Shown here piece after piece: positions 23,661 to 37,783 of a DNA stretch of 64,000 bases. Position 1 is the stretch's first letter, and the number at the start of each line of letters is the position of its first letter. This DNA is from Eledone cirrhosa (taxonomy: Eukaryota): positions 88,288,001 to 88,352,000 of the forward strand of contig OZ024747.1 in assembly GCA_964016885.1 (NCBI GenBank), written 5' to 3'. The notes under the pieces were generated by a model. The model ran no database searches and had not been told where the DNA came from. It saw only the letters and a list, made by a program, of their open reading frames with translations. The translations under genes and the position numbers were made by a program.

Positions 23661-25924
23661 AACCTGTTCAAAACTTAGGATTAAAATAAATAAGTGTTAT
23701 GGACATTTTCGAAGGATGCTGTTGTATTTTGCGTGTTGAATCATATTTAGTATACGCTTTTGTTACATTTTATGTATGTTTCATTATATTTTCTTTTACG
23801 TAAGTGATGTACTAAATATATTAGTATTTTATTTATATAAATTATCAAATTTGCAGAAAATAATCAGAGAAAAACTAGTTATTATTGGTGAATGTTAGCT
23901 ACATTTCGTGTTTATCTTATATTTTGTGTGTTTAGTTTAATATATAAGTAAACATTTAATAAAATAAAAATATATTCAGTAAACAAATACACTAGTGTTT
24001 TAACCATCACGGACATTGCTACGCCGACAGAACACCGCCTTACTACGGCACAAGGTTTAAATATAACTTTTTCGTTTTAAATAAACAAAAAATATTTTTT
24101 AAATATTACTAATTTATTGTTTTTTGGAAAACATATTACCGTTGAATATTATTTTGGTTTTAAAATATTTTATACTACTGTACAGCCACCGAACACGTCG
24201 CTACACTACCATTGACGTTAATAAATTATTTTAGTACTATGCTTCAATAAGAAATTGCCAAGAGGTGATTTGACTGCTACTTTAGCAGAACTAATGACCT
24301 CGTAAGTGTCACCTTGTTTTTTTCAAAATCTAAATAGAATTTATAAAACGAATCAAAACACTAATTTTGTTACAAAGAGAAAATATGTAACAGCATAAGC
24401 CTAAAACCTACTAAAAATAATCCAAATTACTTAAAGACTCGAGAGAAATTATGATAAATATTTTCATCTATAAATTTAACACCATGATAATCATAACAAA
24501 TTGATATTGAAGTAAAAACTAACCCAAGTTTCTCGGATACTGAACCTCAAACAATATTTGCCGCACACGTGAAATATTTGTTGTACTTTGTGACTTATCT
24601 CCCTTGATGTTAGCATGTTTAGCTAACGTAAAGTTTCTTAGGTGAACACTTTTGATGTAATAAACTATGTTAATATTCTTAAAATGCATCTTTCACCATA
24701 TTGCAGTTTTGGTGGTCTTATTCGAGCCAGTAACTTGTCTGAAGTTTTTCTCAGAACCACAAGCTGGAAAAAATAATTATTAGATAAATCCAAGTATTCG
24801 TAATATTAATTAAAAAGTGATTTGTTTCTAATACTTAGACATCTCAATGAATGGATAATTATATATTTTTCTCCCCAAACTACCAAAACACACATCTATT
24901 TGTATATGCGCTACAATTTATGTACATGTTATGTTTATCGCCCATCGGTTAATATTTGATAATAACAGCTAAACTAATCACTACAATTAAATTGACCAAA
25001 TTTCCCCTCCCCCCAATTCAGAAATGCTTCCATTGCCCCTGAAGTAAAAAGGGGTAATAATATATTGCTGAGAGGTATGTGGTACCGGCCTGTAAGATTC
25101 TTCCTTGCTGTTACACATGGCTGCTATCATCTCATGTTCCCGACCTTTATGCAAGCAGTAGACTGCACCCCACATCTCTTCCAACCACTTTACCATTTCA
25201 CCCAAAGATGTGTATTGCAACTTTCTTTATCTTCTGTTAACAAACTTTCATAGTATTGTTCTCTTTTGTGTATCGTCTCCTCTATAGACAGTTTCATAAC
25301 ACCTGGTTGCATAATGGAATTTATATATTTTTGACCTGCAGCAATTTCTTCTGTAGTTGATGCATATGTCAAATGTTTGTAACCAGTGCAAAAGATAAAC
25401 TTCCCCTTACTATTTTGTCCTTACTGTTGTTTTTGTAAGTTATACTGTTACCATTGTTGATGTAGTTGTTTTTATTGATGTTTCTGTTGCTGTTAGTACA
25501 ATGCTAAAGTATTGTTCCAATAGTATAGAGATTTAAATACCACAACCAGTATTTAGCAGCAGTTGTATGTTGCATTCTCTACGGCTAAGAAATTAACTGA
25601 TGTTTTTGTGAGGGCTGTTAATACCAATAAGTCAGGAAAGCAAAGAGGAAAAACTATAATTAAAAACATTGTATATAACAAAAGAATTTAATTAATGGCA
25701 TAAATTATAATAATAATGATAATAATTAATGATATACTGGTTCAAATAACAAAGCTAATAATTATATTGATGAAACAGTGTAATGATTTTAATATTATTA
25801 TTGGCAAAATAAAATAATTCCATTTTCTTCTTATTTTCCCATGCACAAGTAATAACTTATTTCAAAATTGTCTGATTGCACAAATATATGTAGTTAATGT
25901 GGTGTAGTAAATAAATATATATAT

Positions 25925-26790
25925 ACCGGGTCCAAACACAAAGGAACCAAACTCCCACTGTCACTGTCTCCATCTCTCCCACTATTATGAGCAAATGGCA
26001 GCCCACGCACTGGTCGCCTAGCGGCCCTGGCAAACAGAATAGTCAAGGCGTTTACTCACAGGATGGTGAGGGAGACATGCTGGACGAGCCATTCCAGTTT
26101 GAGAGGCTCACACCTGCAGGTAGCCAACTCTGTGCTGATGGTGGTGAGTAGGGAGATGGTCCTAGGGCGAAGGGCACCAGAAGTCTCCACTTCTATGGGC
26201 TTGACTGCAAACCTGTCAGAGAGCAACCAATATTTCATCAGTTTACCCTCCTCAGCCCAAAGTACATCAGAATCTGGGTTAGATGCAGACTGCACCAGGT
26301 TGCTGCTGGAGAATGTGTTGCTGTATGTGGCATCCCAGATGAGAGGTCATGCTGTCTGGCTTTTTGCTGTCCCTTCAGTCCAGCCCTGGTGGCTCGAGCT
26401 GGGAGGTGAAGCCTGCAGCATTCAAGGTATTCTTATTGACTTTGTTGAGAGCAGCATGGAATGGAAATGCGGCAGCCAGCACTGTATGAAAGGAAAGCAG
26501 GTGGAAGCTGAATGAGTCTATGACAGATCTGGAGGCCGAGCTTCAGGGAAACCTTGATTCGCAGGCTATCATTATCTAGCTGCATGCCAGTTGAAAAGGA
26601 GGATAAGGCATTGAGCCAGGCACCGCTGTGGGGTCGCGAGGCTGAGTGAAAACATGTGTGGCGGTGCTGGTTGAACTGGTGTGCTAGCCTGTCCAAGGCC
26701 ATGTCACACTGGATGGCATTCCACATGCTCTGAGGGGGGAGGGTTTGACATATATAGGAGGAACGTCTACTGGGCGGAGTCTGGAGAAAT
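25925..26790 (-). mobile_element. CRE-clade non-LTR retrotransposon fragment (restriction-like endonuclease region)
   Basis: HSGAWLNAL...LDNDSLRI..SLKLGL, WDATYSNTFS...AEEGKLMKY...PIEVETSGA...WLVQHVSLTIL resemble the REL C-terminus of CRE-type elements; frameshifted. Confidence 0.8.
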
Positions 26791-27323
26791 AATTGTGATA
26801 GTAGTCACAAAATTTCCATGGTTCCAGCAAGTATTTTATGATAAACTATTTCATCTCTCTTTCTTCCTCTCTCACTATCCACAGACACAATACTTTTAGA
26901 GAAACAACAAGAACAACAAAAAACAAAGGTATTTAGGATGTCATAACAGTTTACTTTATCAGCCCCAGAGTGGGATCCAAACACTGAATGTAGAGAGACA
27001 TAACTAAATAACACAAAGCATTTTGTTCATTTTATTCAATCTATCAACTTATAGAGAGAAAAATATTAGAGAGAGGAAAACACAAGTGAGACTACAATCA
27101 AAGTGAAGTAAAGTTTATCCAGATTAAAGTGAAACATTTTTGGATTAATTATTTGTAAAGTAAAAAAGAAAATGAAAATTTAAATTTGTTGAACTCTCCC
27201 AAAATCTCTTCTTATATATATGATCTTTATGAAGGTGGGGTGGTAAGGGTGGAAGTCCGGTGGTGGGGGTGTCCAACAAGTTAGGATTCAATTAATTTAC
27301 TAGCAAACTCTATTGATTTAAAT

Positions 27324-27410
27324 CAGTATTTCTCAATCTCTATTTGCCTACGAACCCCTTTGATTCCTTTTTTGCTCTGGTGGACCCCCATAGCCATTTG
27401 ATGTTTAAAA
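27324..27410 (+). mobile_element. hAT (Charlie-like) MITE end
   Basis: CAGTATTTCTCAA terminus followed by GAACCCC/GGACCCCC motifs; no partner terminus found. Confidence 0.45.
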
Positions 27411-27529
27411 AATACTATTATTTTTCTCTTGTTTGGTTTGAACTGAACTCAAGGGAGGTGAATATATATATATATGCACATATGTCAAATGCCTTTGCAA
27501 TATCAACAGACAGAGTCTTTATCTGATCT

Positions 27530-28675
27530 TGCTCTTCAGGTATGCAGATGACTGCGACCTAATAAGTCACACTGAAGAGGGCTTGCAAAGCCTGATTAGT
27601 GGTTTCGACAACTGCACCTTGAATCCTAATTAAGGACACAATGCTAAGGGTGGTGACCTCCTTTGAATACCTTGGTAGTAGGATACAAGCTGATGGCAAA
27701 TTGGATACTGAAATCACAACTCAAACAAAAGGCAGCAAAAGCTTGTGGACTAGAAATTAAAGTCTGGTCACAACATCACATTAAATTGGAGACTAAGATT
27801 GCGGTATACATTTCATTTGTACCCTCTGAACTATTGTATTCATCCGAGACATGGACGCTGTACACACGACATGTTAAAATGTTGGGGCAGTTTTATCAAA
27901 AATGGCTTATACACAAAATAAGCTGGAACACATTCATTTCAGACACAGATTATTGCTAGGGCAAAAGTTACATCTACTCAAGCTATGCTTATTAGGAATC
28001 AGTTAAGATGGACAGGTCACATGATTTGTATGGGTGACGGATGCATCCCCAAGAAAATGTTTTATGGTGAACTCAAGCTGGGCAAAAGGTTAAATAGTAA
28101 ACCAAGGAGGAGATACAGAGACTCTCTAAAAGCGAACTTAAAATATCCTACAAAGATCTTGAATCGTGCAGTAGATAGAATGGCCTGGAGAAATGCTTTT
28201 TAGAATGGAGTTAAAGCATTTGAAATGGAGAAGGTATAACATGTAGAACTGAAAAGAAAAGTGTGGAAGAATGAGATCACCATTATTACTATAATGAAGA
28301 ATCAGTGTTGGTTTTCAAATGCCCTGTGTGCCCTAAGTTATGTGTTTCAAATGCTGACTTGAAGTCACACCAGCAAGCATATGATGGTGAAGTCCAGGTT
28401 GACTATTCAAAATCTGTTGAAAAGAATCGGTTCTAGTGCCATGTTTGTCAGAAAATTAACAAATAAGGTGATGGATTGGAGTGACATATGAACATGCACA
28501 ATAACCAAACTCAAAGTGGGAACAAGAACGAAATGAGACATCATTGTATTATTTGAGGATGATTGTTTCACCAGGCTTTCAGGACTCAAAAGCCATTTGA
28601 GGTTTCAGGACAGAAAGGAACAGACACATAAAGAGCAAGAAGTGGCCAAGCTTTGTAAGGAGCAGACGACCTTCA
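27530..28675 (+). mobile_element. RTE/BovB-like LINE 3' portion with C-terminal C2H2 fingers
   Basis: YADDCDL, LLYSSETWTLY, QLRWTGH..MGDGCIPKKMFYGEL, CPVCPKLCVS.ADLKSHQ; multiple stops and frameshifts. Confidence 0.88.
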
Positions 28676-29034
28676 TATATATATACGCGAGACGATGCGA
28701 GCAGAACTTCCTAACACTAGTTTGTCTAGATTGTATTCCCATCAATGGGTATTTTGGCATTAGTTAACCCATGTTTAAATGCTTCTCTGATTTGATGTTT
28801 ATCTTTTCATTGGTATGTTCAAGTATATTAGTGACAAATAACTTCATGGTTGATATAGAAAGCAAGAAAGACAACTCCAGTATAATAAATTATTTGATTT
28901 ACTTCGTGTTATTTCCCTTTTATTTTTTTGTATTATGTGTTTACAATACCGTTGGAAAGGGGAGTTTATCCAGACAAATTACAAGGATAATACCAGCTAA
29001 TCTCAAGTAAAAAAAAAAAAATTAATCGCTATAT

Positions 29035-29503
29035 TACACAGATGAGCGACATCTTACTCTAGCTGGGAGTCCATAAGTAGAACACCATGTCTGTGGTGCT
29101 CCTGTTGACTCTGAAGCCACGCTGGTTCTATGGGAGGTGTTCTACGATGGTAGGTACCAGCATGTTTAGCAACATCCTTGCGAGGATTTTTCCTGCAAAA
29201 GTCAACAGATTAATCTTCCGGTAATCTCAGCAGTCTGAATTTTCCTCTTTAGTTCTTGTACAGGGTGATGATAACTGCATCACAGAGATCGTGTGGCAGA
29301 TTGCCATGCCCCTAGCAACATATGAAGAGCTCGCGGAGTTTGCGTGTAGCACTGGGCCCTGATGCTTCTAAATCTCGGGTGGAATTCCATCAACTGCTTT
29401 GTCACTCCTTCTCTATGGTTTTGGTAGTCTCTTCATTGGTGGGATACTCATCCAGCTTTACGTTTCCTGATTGTTGGGGAACGCAGAGAATTGCTGATTT
29501 CTG
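29035..29503 (-). mobile_element. RTE/BovB-like LINE fragment (pre-RT region)
   Basis: Minus strand gives DAVIITLYKN and DYRKINLLTFAGKILARMLLN. Confidence 0.75.
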
Positions 29504-29664
29504 GACACATATTTATACACATATACACGTCTACTATCGATATAATACCAAATTAACAGCCGGTCCCCAAATCGAAATGGACCTCCATTTTCTATTTTCA
29601 ATTTATTTGTATCGTCTATTCCCTGTTTGGGCTCATCATAATCCTGTTATATGATTCTGCAAAT

Positions 29665-29740
29665 AACACCTGATGAAATCGTTTAGTTTTACATCATAAT
29701 CAGATGATAGGGCTTGGCTATCGAAATATGTATAGTGCTT
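29665..29740 (+). ncRNA. Degenerate hammerhead motif in a Penelope-like terminal repeat
   Basis: AACAC-CTGATGA...GATAG/CTATC-GAAA-TATGTA-TA-GTGCTT; the base of stem II does not pair cleanly. Confidence 0.4.
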
Positions 29741-29929
29741 TCACAGAATTAAAATTCTAAAGTAAATGTTCCAGTCCGGCCTTCTGTTGTTGTTTTAATG
29801 AATACTTAACTCCATTCCTGCACCAGCCACTGGATACCACATCTGTAATGGATGATTTGCATCATCGTTTATCAATCCGAACAACTAGTTCTACCCATTG
29901 GTAAACAGCCTAACATAAATGATATATAT

Positions 29930-30150
29930 AAAGAAACAAAATTAGAATTTGATTTCTAGCTCTCACATAGAGGTTACATAAATGTATTTATGAGTTTATA
30001 TCGAATATTAATGATAATATTCAATTCATTTGCAAGCAAACAGCCTCATTACGCTATGTTTTTAGATGACCATCGTCATTTGTTCGTTCTAGCAGTGGCA
30101 TAGAGAATCAGTTAACATGTCTCTGGATTAGTGCCCTTTGTCAAGACTGT
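29930..30150 (+). repeat. Unclassified interspersed repeat, homologous to 44240-44860
   Basis: Shared AAATTAGAATTT...GTTACATAAATGTA...TATCGAATA and TGCAAGCAAAC.G.CTCA.TA.GCT.TGTTTT..GATGAC.ATCGTCAT. Confidence 0.75.
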
Positions 30151-30346
30151 ATATCTATATCGATATCTATCTCTCTCTCTATATATATGTATATAACACA
30201 GCCACCGTACTTGCTATTAACTAAAATCTGTGTACTCTGAACTGCTGGTTCCAGTGGTATTACGGCAATCTAGCAGATTTATTGAGCGGGTGAGGCATTG
30301 GCCGGAGACCGTTGAATTAATATCAACAATTTTCGTAAACATTGTA

Positions 30347-30712
<366 letters not shown>

Positions 30713-31371
30713 ATCAAGCAGCAAAACAGAAAACAATTTCATCGAACTTTTATCAGTCTTTGAAAAGCTAACAGTGGCCGTTTATCGGAATATTGTTAGA
30801 CTAAATGTCTCAGCAAACCTATAAGTCATGCAGCTGGGAACACGAGAAAATTTATTTATCTTTAACGAATAAGGTCTTTATCTTCACACCAGGATTAAGA
30901 ATGCAGTCGCCAAAAGAAGGTTTTACTTTTAAGATCTATTTTGTGTGCCTTTGATCTCGTCTTGGTCCCTGATTGTTTTATTTCTATGAACAATTTTCCT
31001 TCATACTTTGGAACTAATCTCATGGATTAAATATTATTTCACTTCTTATTATAAGCAGGCATCACACATACATACACATTCGCGCGCGTGATGAGTGGTG
31101 TTTGTGTTTACAAACGAGTTCATACACACACACAGAATGAAGCATGCACACCTACCAATTTCATTCCTTTGGTACAGGCACAACCACACCAATGACACCC
31201 ATGGGCCCTCCACTACAGCCCCCTAATGTGACTTTGCATAGAGTATCGGACATGTTTTAAGGCATATAGTTCGTTCTGAGTTCACATCCCTCCTAAGTTA
31301 GCTTTACCTTTCACTTTTACGGGGTCAATAAAGTTTTTGCGTCCCTCAGTTTGTTTTGTTTCATTTATCAA

Positions 31372-31433
<62 letters not shown>

Positions 31434-31596
31434 AAAATTAGAATTGGTGCTCTGAAATAGCGATATATATATGAATGTATATATAGTGTATTTTGCAATA
31501 CACTGTATGCTTAATTAAAAGCATTTTGAAGACCATACGCTATTGTTTTAAAATAGTGACAATGTCACTTATTTAAATTTTCAGCAAACAGGGGAG

Positions 31597-31647
31597 ACAA
31601 ACTGACAGAGCTCTGTTTCGTACTTTTTGGTACTTATCAAAGCTCAC
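31597..31647 (-). ncRNA. Type I hammerhead motif, U3-A8 variant
   Basis: GTGAGCT-TTGATAA-GTAC caaaaa GTAC-GAAA-CAGAGCTCTG-TC-AGTTTGT, enclosed by a ~20-bp outer stem (31576-31596 / 31650-31671). Confidence 0.75.
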
Positions 31648-31716
31648 TACTCCTCCTGTTTGCTGAAAATTATGTGTGTTGGACTCTTATAGAATTCCAG
31701 TAATAACCAGGAACTG

Positions 31717-31817
<101 letters not shown>

Positions 31818-32039
31818 CCAACTAATCTCTAAACGAATAAAAACAAAAACACATGTCCTAGTAAATCACAAAATCAATAAAGGCCACGAAACTGTTATAA
31901 ATATTTACACTTGATTACACTTGTATCTATCAAACTTTTGGCACACGTTTAGGTAAATTTTTAATTTCAGACATATATTTGCAATAATATGAATCATGAC
32001 GATTTTGTAACAGCATTATTTCTACATATAGGATGATAG

Positions 32040-32183
32040 CTTGACCCACAAATGTTGATCTGATATCCGTGGAATACTAGGGTCGACATTTATACGAGGT
32101 CTATGTAAAAAACCAGATTTTTTGGCCAAAAATAGTGGATCAATCTTTACATAAGATCAACTATTACTTGAGTATATACGGTA
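32040..32183. mobile_element. pogo/Tigger-like DNA transposon end
   Basis: Terminus TACTTGAGTATATACGG-TA. Confidence 0.55.
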
Positions 32184-32221
32184 AATGTATATAGCACAAA
32201 AGTTGTCACTCGAAATCTCTC

Positions 32222-32300
<79 letters not shown>

Positions 32301-32368
32301 CCTAAGCCAAAATTTCAATTTTTACGCGGATATAAGTTAGATCGACCAAAATAAGTTTCACTCATATA

Positions 32369-32467
32369 GTTCCCTAACCATGGTTTCTGAAATCGAGAAA
32401 CTATATTAATTATTGCAAAACATTGGAACAACCAATACTGGAAAAATTTGATTCCGTCTTCAGGGAA
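32369..32467 (-). ncRNA. Degenerate hammerhead motif with long stem II insert
   Basis: TTCC-CTGAAGA-CGGAATC...GATTTCA-GAAA-CCATGG-TT-AGGGAA. It lies between ~75-bp direct repeats (32300-32375 and 32787-32862). Confidence 0.45.
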
Positions 32468-32864
32468 AGAATTCTTGGGAACAACAGGAGATATTGAATA
32501 TAAAATATACAGACCATGTCGTTTCCGAGGTCCCATGGTTTCCAACACGTTGCATCATTGAACTACTAAATGAACATATCTCACTCTATATATTAGGACA
32601 ATACTACAGGCTTATAGTGACGGTAGAAATAGCAGCAAAAAACAAAAACATCTGAATCTACTCCACAATGAAAGAGTAGCTAGTATCAATTATAAAGTTA
32701 TTTGTCTTTAATACTTAGACATCTCAATGAAAGGATAAACTATAATGATAAATTATCAAACTCAGAGAAGTAATTAAACATTAAATTTAAGCCAAAATCT
32801 CAATTTGGCGGATATAAGTCAGACCAACTAAAATAAGTCAGTTTTACTCATAAAGTTCCCCATA

Positions 32865-32975
32865 CATTCAAATCCCGCCGAGGTTGACTTTGCCTTTCAT
32901 CCTTACGGGGTCGATAAAATAAAGTACCAGTAATGCACTGGGTAATTGCTGGCCTTGTGCCTAAAGTAGAAACAA
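32865..32975 (+). mobile_element. SINE family A, 3' half
   Basis: Core and tail match 630-848. Confidence 0.85.
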
Positions 32976-33431
32976 TTATTAGAAGGTAGTAGATTGGCAG
33001 AGTATCGGCTTTAGGGCATTTGTTTCAACACAATACATCCTGAGTTCAAATCTCACCGAAGCCAACTGTCTTTCAAAGATAATCTTGTTAACAGCAAGGA
33101 AACAACTCCAAAATTTATATTGATTTATAATTCTATAATTCTATCAGTACATGTTGGGTGAGTCTGATCTTTTTTAAGTACTTTAACTTTGGGCATATTT
33201 CAGTTTTATTAAACCACCCCCGTAAAGCTTAGTATCATTCGTACTTACCCCGCCTTAAAATAACTATGGGTATATAATTTTTTTTTCTAACGAAAAGTAT
33301 TCACTGATTAGGTAATTCTAAATAATGACATGAGTAATTTTTTTCTTCCAACAAAGAACTTATATTTAATTTAGTGCTAAAATACTTGTTTTCAGTAAAA
33401 AAAAAATAAAAAGAAAGTTTATTGATATAAG

Positions 33432-33815
33432 CAGACCTGCCAACCTATAAAAACCCAAACGGGAGTACCATGAAAAAAAGAGCTCCAAGACGGGGAGAAA
33501 TGAGGCAAAATAGGGAAAATATACATAATTGTTTCTACTTTTGGCACAAGGCCAGCAGTTACCCAGTGTATTACTGGTACTTTATTTTATCGACCCCGTA
33601 AGGATGAAAGGCAAAGTTAACTTCGGCGGGATTTGAACTCAGAATGGCAAGGGCCGTAACTCAATGCGTCAAAGCATAGCGTCTGACCCTCTACCGATAC
33701 TGCCAATCCACTACATAATGAAAGCTATACCCATTTTCACAAGAGAAGACATCTCTCACCCACCCCAAAGTGGGTTGGAGATCTTCCAATCGGCTGGGGA
33801 GAGTTGACAGGTCTG
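33432..33815. mobile_element. DNA-transposon MITE (hAT-like termini) interrupted by a SINE
   Basis: TIRs CAGACCTGCCAAC / GTTGACAGGTCTG; ATATAAG duplicated on the flanks; second copy at 41200-41373. Confidence 0.8.
33529..33711 (-). mobile_element. SINE family A with TACATAAT target duplication
   Basis: Full head-to-tail match to family A; TACATAAT on both sides. Confidence 0.9.
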
Positions 33816-34979
33816 ATATAAGTTTGTTTATGTTTCGAACATAAGGAAACAGTGAAATGCTCAGATCACACTAGATCAAGTTATGAATTTGTTGTTTAGT
33901 TATGTTGAAAACTACTGTATAAATCAATAAATATTTTCGGAATTAATAATTCTAGTCTTGTTTATTTATGTTTCATCTAGTGAATACCTTTGCATTTACA
34001 CAGTATCAGCTTACCTTAAAAATATATTATAATTGTTTTTTTTTTTTTTTGTCAAACATCTGTCAGATGATTTGTGAATTGTATTAGCTCTGTGTTTGTT
34101 TCACTTATTAAATTGCGAATTCCAGATTCTTTTTCGGTTAATGCATAAGTTCTATCCTTTTCTCAGCAATAACAGCGTATTTCTTAAGTAAACTGTACTG
34201 AATGCCAATATATCAGGATTAAATTGCCTTTGTTGCATAAGGTTTCATACCAACATACAATTCACTTATACTCACTGTACAATCCATAATCAGCAAAGTA
34301 AGTCTTTGATGATACGCACAATGAACTTTTTAGCTTTAGTTTAGGAAGTTCAAGAGTTTAACCTTATACATTGAACAAGACAAGTCTCCATAATCACATT
34401 AATACTGTGTTGGTTTCACGACTAAATAATTTCCGAGTTCGGGGTGCAGATATGGCTCTATGGTAAAGACGTTCTCTTCCTAACTATTTGGTTTTGTATT
34501 TAATTCCCCTGCAGCACATTATAAGCGAATGACTTCTAAAATAGCCTCGGGTGAATCAAAGCCCTCTGAGTTAAATTTGAGGGAAGCTCGCCAGAGTGAC
34601 CTTGAATGTGGGTAGTAGACTTAATTAATTTTCCTGTTTGCCACTGCCTTTTGGTACCTCTACCGGACTCATTATGGCTAGGCTAATGGTTAGTTGAAGA
34701 GAGGAGATTATCTGAAGATACGTCTAAAGGGAACAGTTTACTCATGACATTAACGTGCAAGTAGGTGAGCTTTCCAGAGACAGATTCGCCTTTAATGTAA
34801 TTATCATGGTGATTTAGAGCAACACAGTTGGTCATTTGAATTGAATCGTCGATCCGACGGCATCCAAACAGTTTTCACATACCCTGTTTCATTCACAAGG
34901 TTTGGCCCGTTCTAGGTTATGGTAAATAACTCTTGCCTAAGATGTCACGGAAGAGTGAACCCCGATGCGAAGTTTTTTT

Positions 34980-35194
34980 TTAACCCTTTAGCATTGACAT
35001 TACTCTATATTTACTGTTGTATTTTCACAGTAAAGGCTTTATCTCACATAATTATCTCACATGATATCGAATCTGAGATTTTGATATTTTTATTTTGAGA
35101 ACAATATATTAACATAAGTATGAGCAGCCGGTTATGGCTGATTCGAACAGAAAAGGGCGGAGAATTCTGACCGGAGACGGCCGGTTTAAATGCT
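34980..35194. mobile_element. piggyBac-type MITE, right end truncated
   Basis: Same family as 17274-17498. Confidence 0.8.
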
Positions 35195-35454
35195 GCGTCT
35201 GCGTAAGAAGTGCTAGTAGAAAAGGAAATGGTGAAATGGAGGAGAAAATAAAGATATCGTCGGCAGATTTGAAAAACGTTGATTGGAAATGAGTAGCTTA
35301 TGACAGGAAAACTCTATACACACGTAACAAATTCTTGGCATCACCATATTGGCTTCACACTACGTGGATTGGACAGTTTTACTCCAAAGCTAAAACAAAT
35401 TTCGCGCTAGTTGAAAAAACTAGAAAGTCTAAAAAAGATCTAAAGTCTGTGTTA

Positions 35455-35706
35455 AGCCAGAAGGTTCGTTAGGTCGGTGCTTATCCTGGTTCCATAGCGT
35501 GAAGCGACTGAGAGTACAAGACTCCATCCTGGACAGGACGCCAGTACATCGCAGGGTTAAACCCCCAGCTATTGCTGGTACTCATTTTCAGCCAAGTGAA
35601 ATAAAGTGTGTTGTTCAAGAACACAACAAGCAGCCCAGCCCAGGAATAGAACCCACACCATTAGGATAGTAAGTTCAATACCTTTACCACTAGACCACGT
35701 GCCTCC
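35455..35706 (-). mobile_element. tRNA-derived SINE (family B head) with V-domain-like segment
   Basis: Minus strand GGAGGCACGTGGTCTAGTGGTAA...GGGTTCTATTCC...TGTGTTCTTGAACAACACACTT...AACCCTGCGATGTACTGGCGTCCTGTCCAGGA. Confidence 0.8.
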
Positions 35707-36132
35707 AAAGCTGAAGAATTGACATGAGAGAAATTGGTCTTCTATAAAAGACTGACCAGCAGACTAGAACCCTCAGTAGCAGTTCCAGAGCTGGTCCATA
35801 TTCTGTCTAATCAGTCGCTGCGGTAACAGTACTATCTGTCTCTGGCTTTCTCTAACTCCCCATTCACACCTTTACACACCCTCTCGCAAAGAACAGAGAT
35901 ACAAACGCTCACACGCACACAACTTTGCAAGCAAAATACATAACAAAAAGTACATCTTCAACTAAGCGTGTCTAACAACCATTTATACTGTACAAACCAT
36001 TTGCTTGGATTTGGTCATTGTACAAGTTTCTTTCACTTATTGTTCACCCAACCGGTCATAGCAATCGCTTGACATTCTTTTAGCAAATAATAAACACATC
36101 AAATCTGCTATTGAGAGTAAATTTCTCATTTA

Positions 36133-36340
36133 TTAACCCTTTAGCATTTACATTACTTTATATTTACTATTATATTTTAACGGTAAACGCTTTATCTCAC
36201 ATAATGTCGAATCTATGAGACTTTGATATTATTTTGAGAACAATGCTTTAACATCAGAATGAGTGGCCGGTTTGAACAGAAAGAGGTGAGAAAATTCTGG
36301 CCAGAGCCAGATATGGCCGGTTTAAATGCTAAAAGGTTAA
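36133..36340. mobile_element. piggyBac-type MITE
   Basis: TTAACCCTTTAGCATTTA...TAAATGCTAAAAGGTTAA. Confidence 0.88.
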
Positions 36341-36469
36341 ATAGACAGATACCTACATACACGTACGCACATCTACATACGCACATGCATACATATATAG
36401 AAGTATATGTAAATATCTGTCAACATAGCTCCCATGTATATATGATAATATAAACACACATTTTCAATA

Positions 36470-36712
36470 GAAAATGTGCAATCCTCTTTGCACGACAACG
36501 CTCGACCAAACATCACACCACCAATGGCTAGAAGTTGAACGAATTGAGGCTACGAAGCTCTGCTTCATCCAATATACTCATCGGGTCTTTCATCAGCCGA
36601 CTACTACTTTTCTAAGCATTCGACAGCTTTTTGCAAGTAAAAGTCTTCAACAACCAAACAGCCACAAAAATTCTTTCAAAGAATACATCGACTCCAGAGC
36701 TTCATCATTTTT
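36470..36712 (+). mobile_element. mariner transposase C-terminal remnant
   Basis: LHDNARP followed by HP.YS..LS.ADYYF (degenerate YSPDLAP.D), with frameshifts. Confidence 0.7.
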
Positions 36713-36936
36713 CTGTCATTATCATTTATATATATGTATATGGATATTTATAAACACGCATGCACGTACACACATAAAAATACATGCAAATATGTATGTA
36801 TCTTGTTGGCAAAAATACGCAGATTCTGGATAGAAATATGTAGGTTTAAAGTTAATATTTAAAAACTTGCATTAATTTCAAGCTGATATAAACACGCACA
36901 ATCTTTTGAGTCATTATTATTTGCGTATATGCATAT

Positions 36937-36979
<43 letters not shown>

Positions 36980-37012
36980 TATGGATATATATATATATAT
37001 ATATATGCATAT

Positions 37013-37046
<34 letters not shown>

Positions 37047-37071
37047 CTGCACTCAACGAGTATAAGCATAA

Positions 37072-37260
37072 TAATTGCTTCTACTTTTGGCACAAGGCCA
37101 GCAATTACCCAGTGCATTACTGGTCCTTTATTTTATCGACCTCGTAAGGATGAAAGTCAAAGTTAACCTCGGCGGGATTTGAACTCAGAATGGCAAGGGC
37201 CGTAACTCTATGCGTCAAAGCATGGCGTCAGACCCTCTACTGATACTGCCAATCTCACCA
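37072..37260 (-). mobile_element. SINE family A
   Basis: Near-identical to 33529-33711. Confidence 0.9.
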
Positions 37261-37629
37261 ATCGTATAATAATGAAGTATTATACAACAGGTTGGAGTTT
37301 ACCTCATTTATTCGTTACTCAATTGCTGTCATACATATTTAGATGGTAACTGTTACAGTTATGACCTTAACAGACAGCTATTAAGTGTATAGACAGTGAC
37401 AAGACTAAAAATAAGATAACACGGAGAAAAATAAAATTACTCATTCTCTTTCCCTTACGGGCTGATCATTGATGTTACTCCCTCAATATATCTACATATA
37501 TATATATTTACATAAATACATCTTAATAATGTCTCTCAAATAATGGCTCAATGTCTGTCCTTTATCTCAGTTTAATTATCCTTTAACATCAGTTGACATA
37601 TCTTTACTCTCCTTGCTGCTTGCTGCAAA

Positions 37630-37750
37630 CAAATTATTCCATTTCACTGTATGCATGCATACATATATACGTACATACATACATGCTACATACATGCACG
37701 CATACATATACATACATACGCACAAGCATACACACACATGCATACACATG

Positions 37751-37783
<33 letters not shown>

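Noticed and set aside
23795-23810. Plus-strand donor AC|GTAAGT suggesting a divergent gene
   Set aside because: No downstream plus-strand coding exons were found; a lone donor match is not enough.
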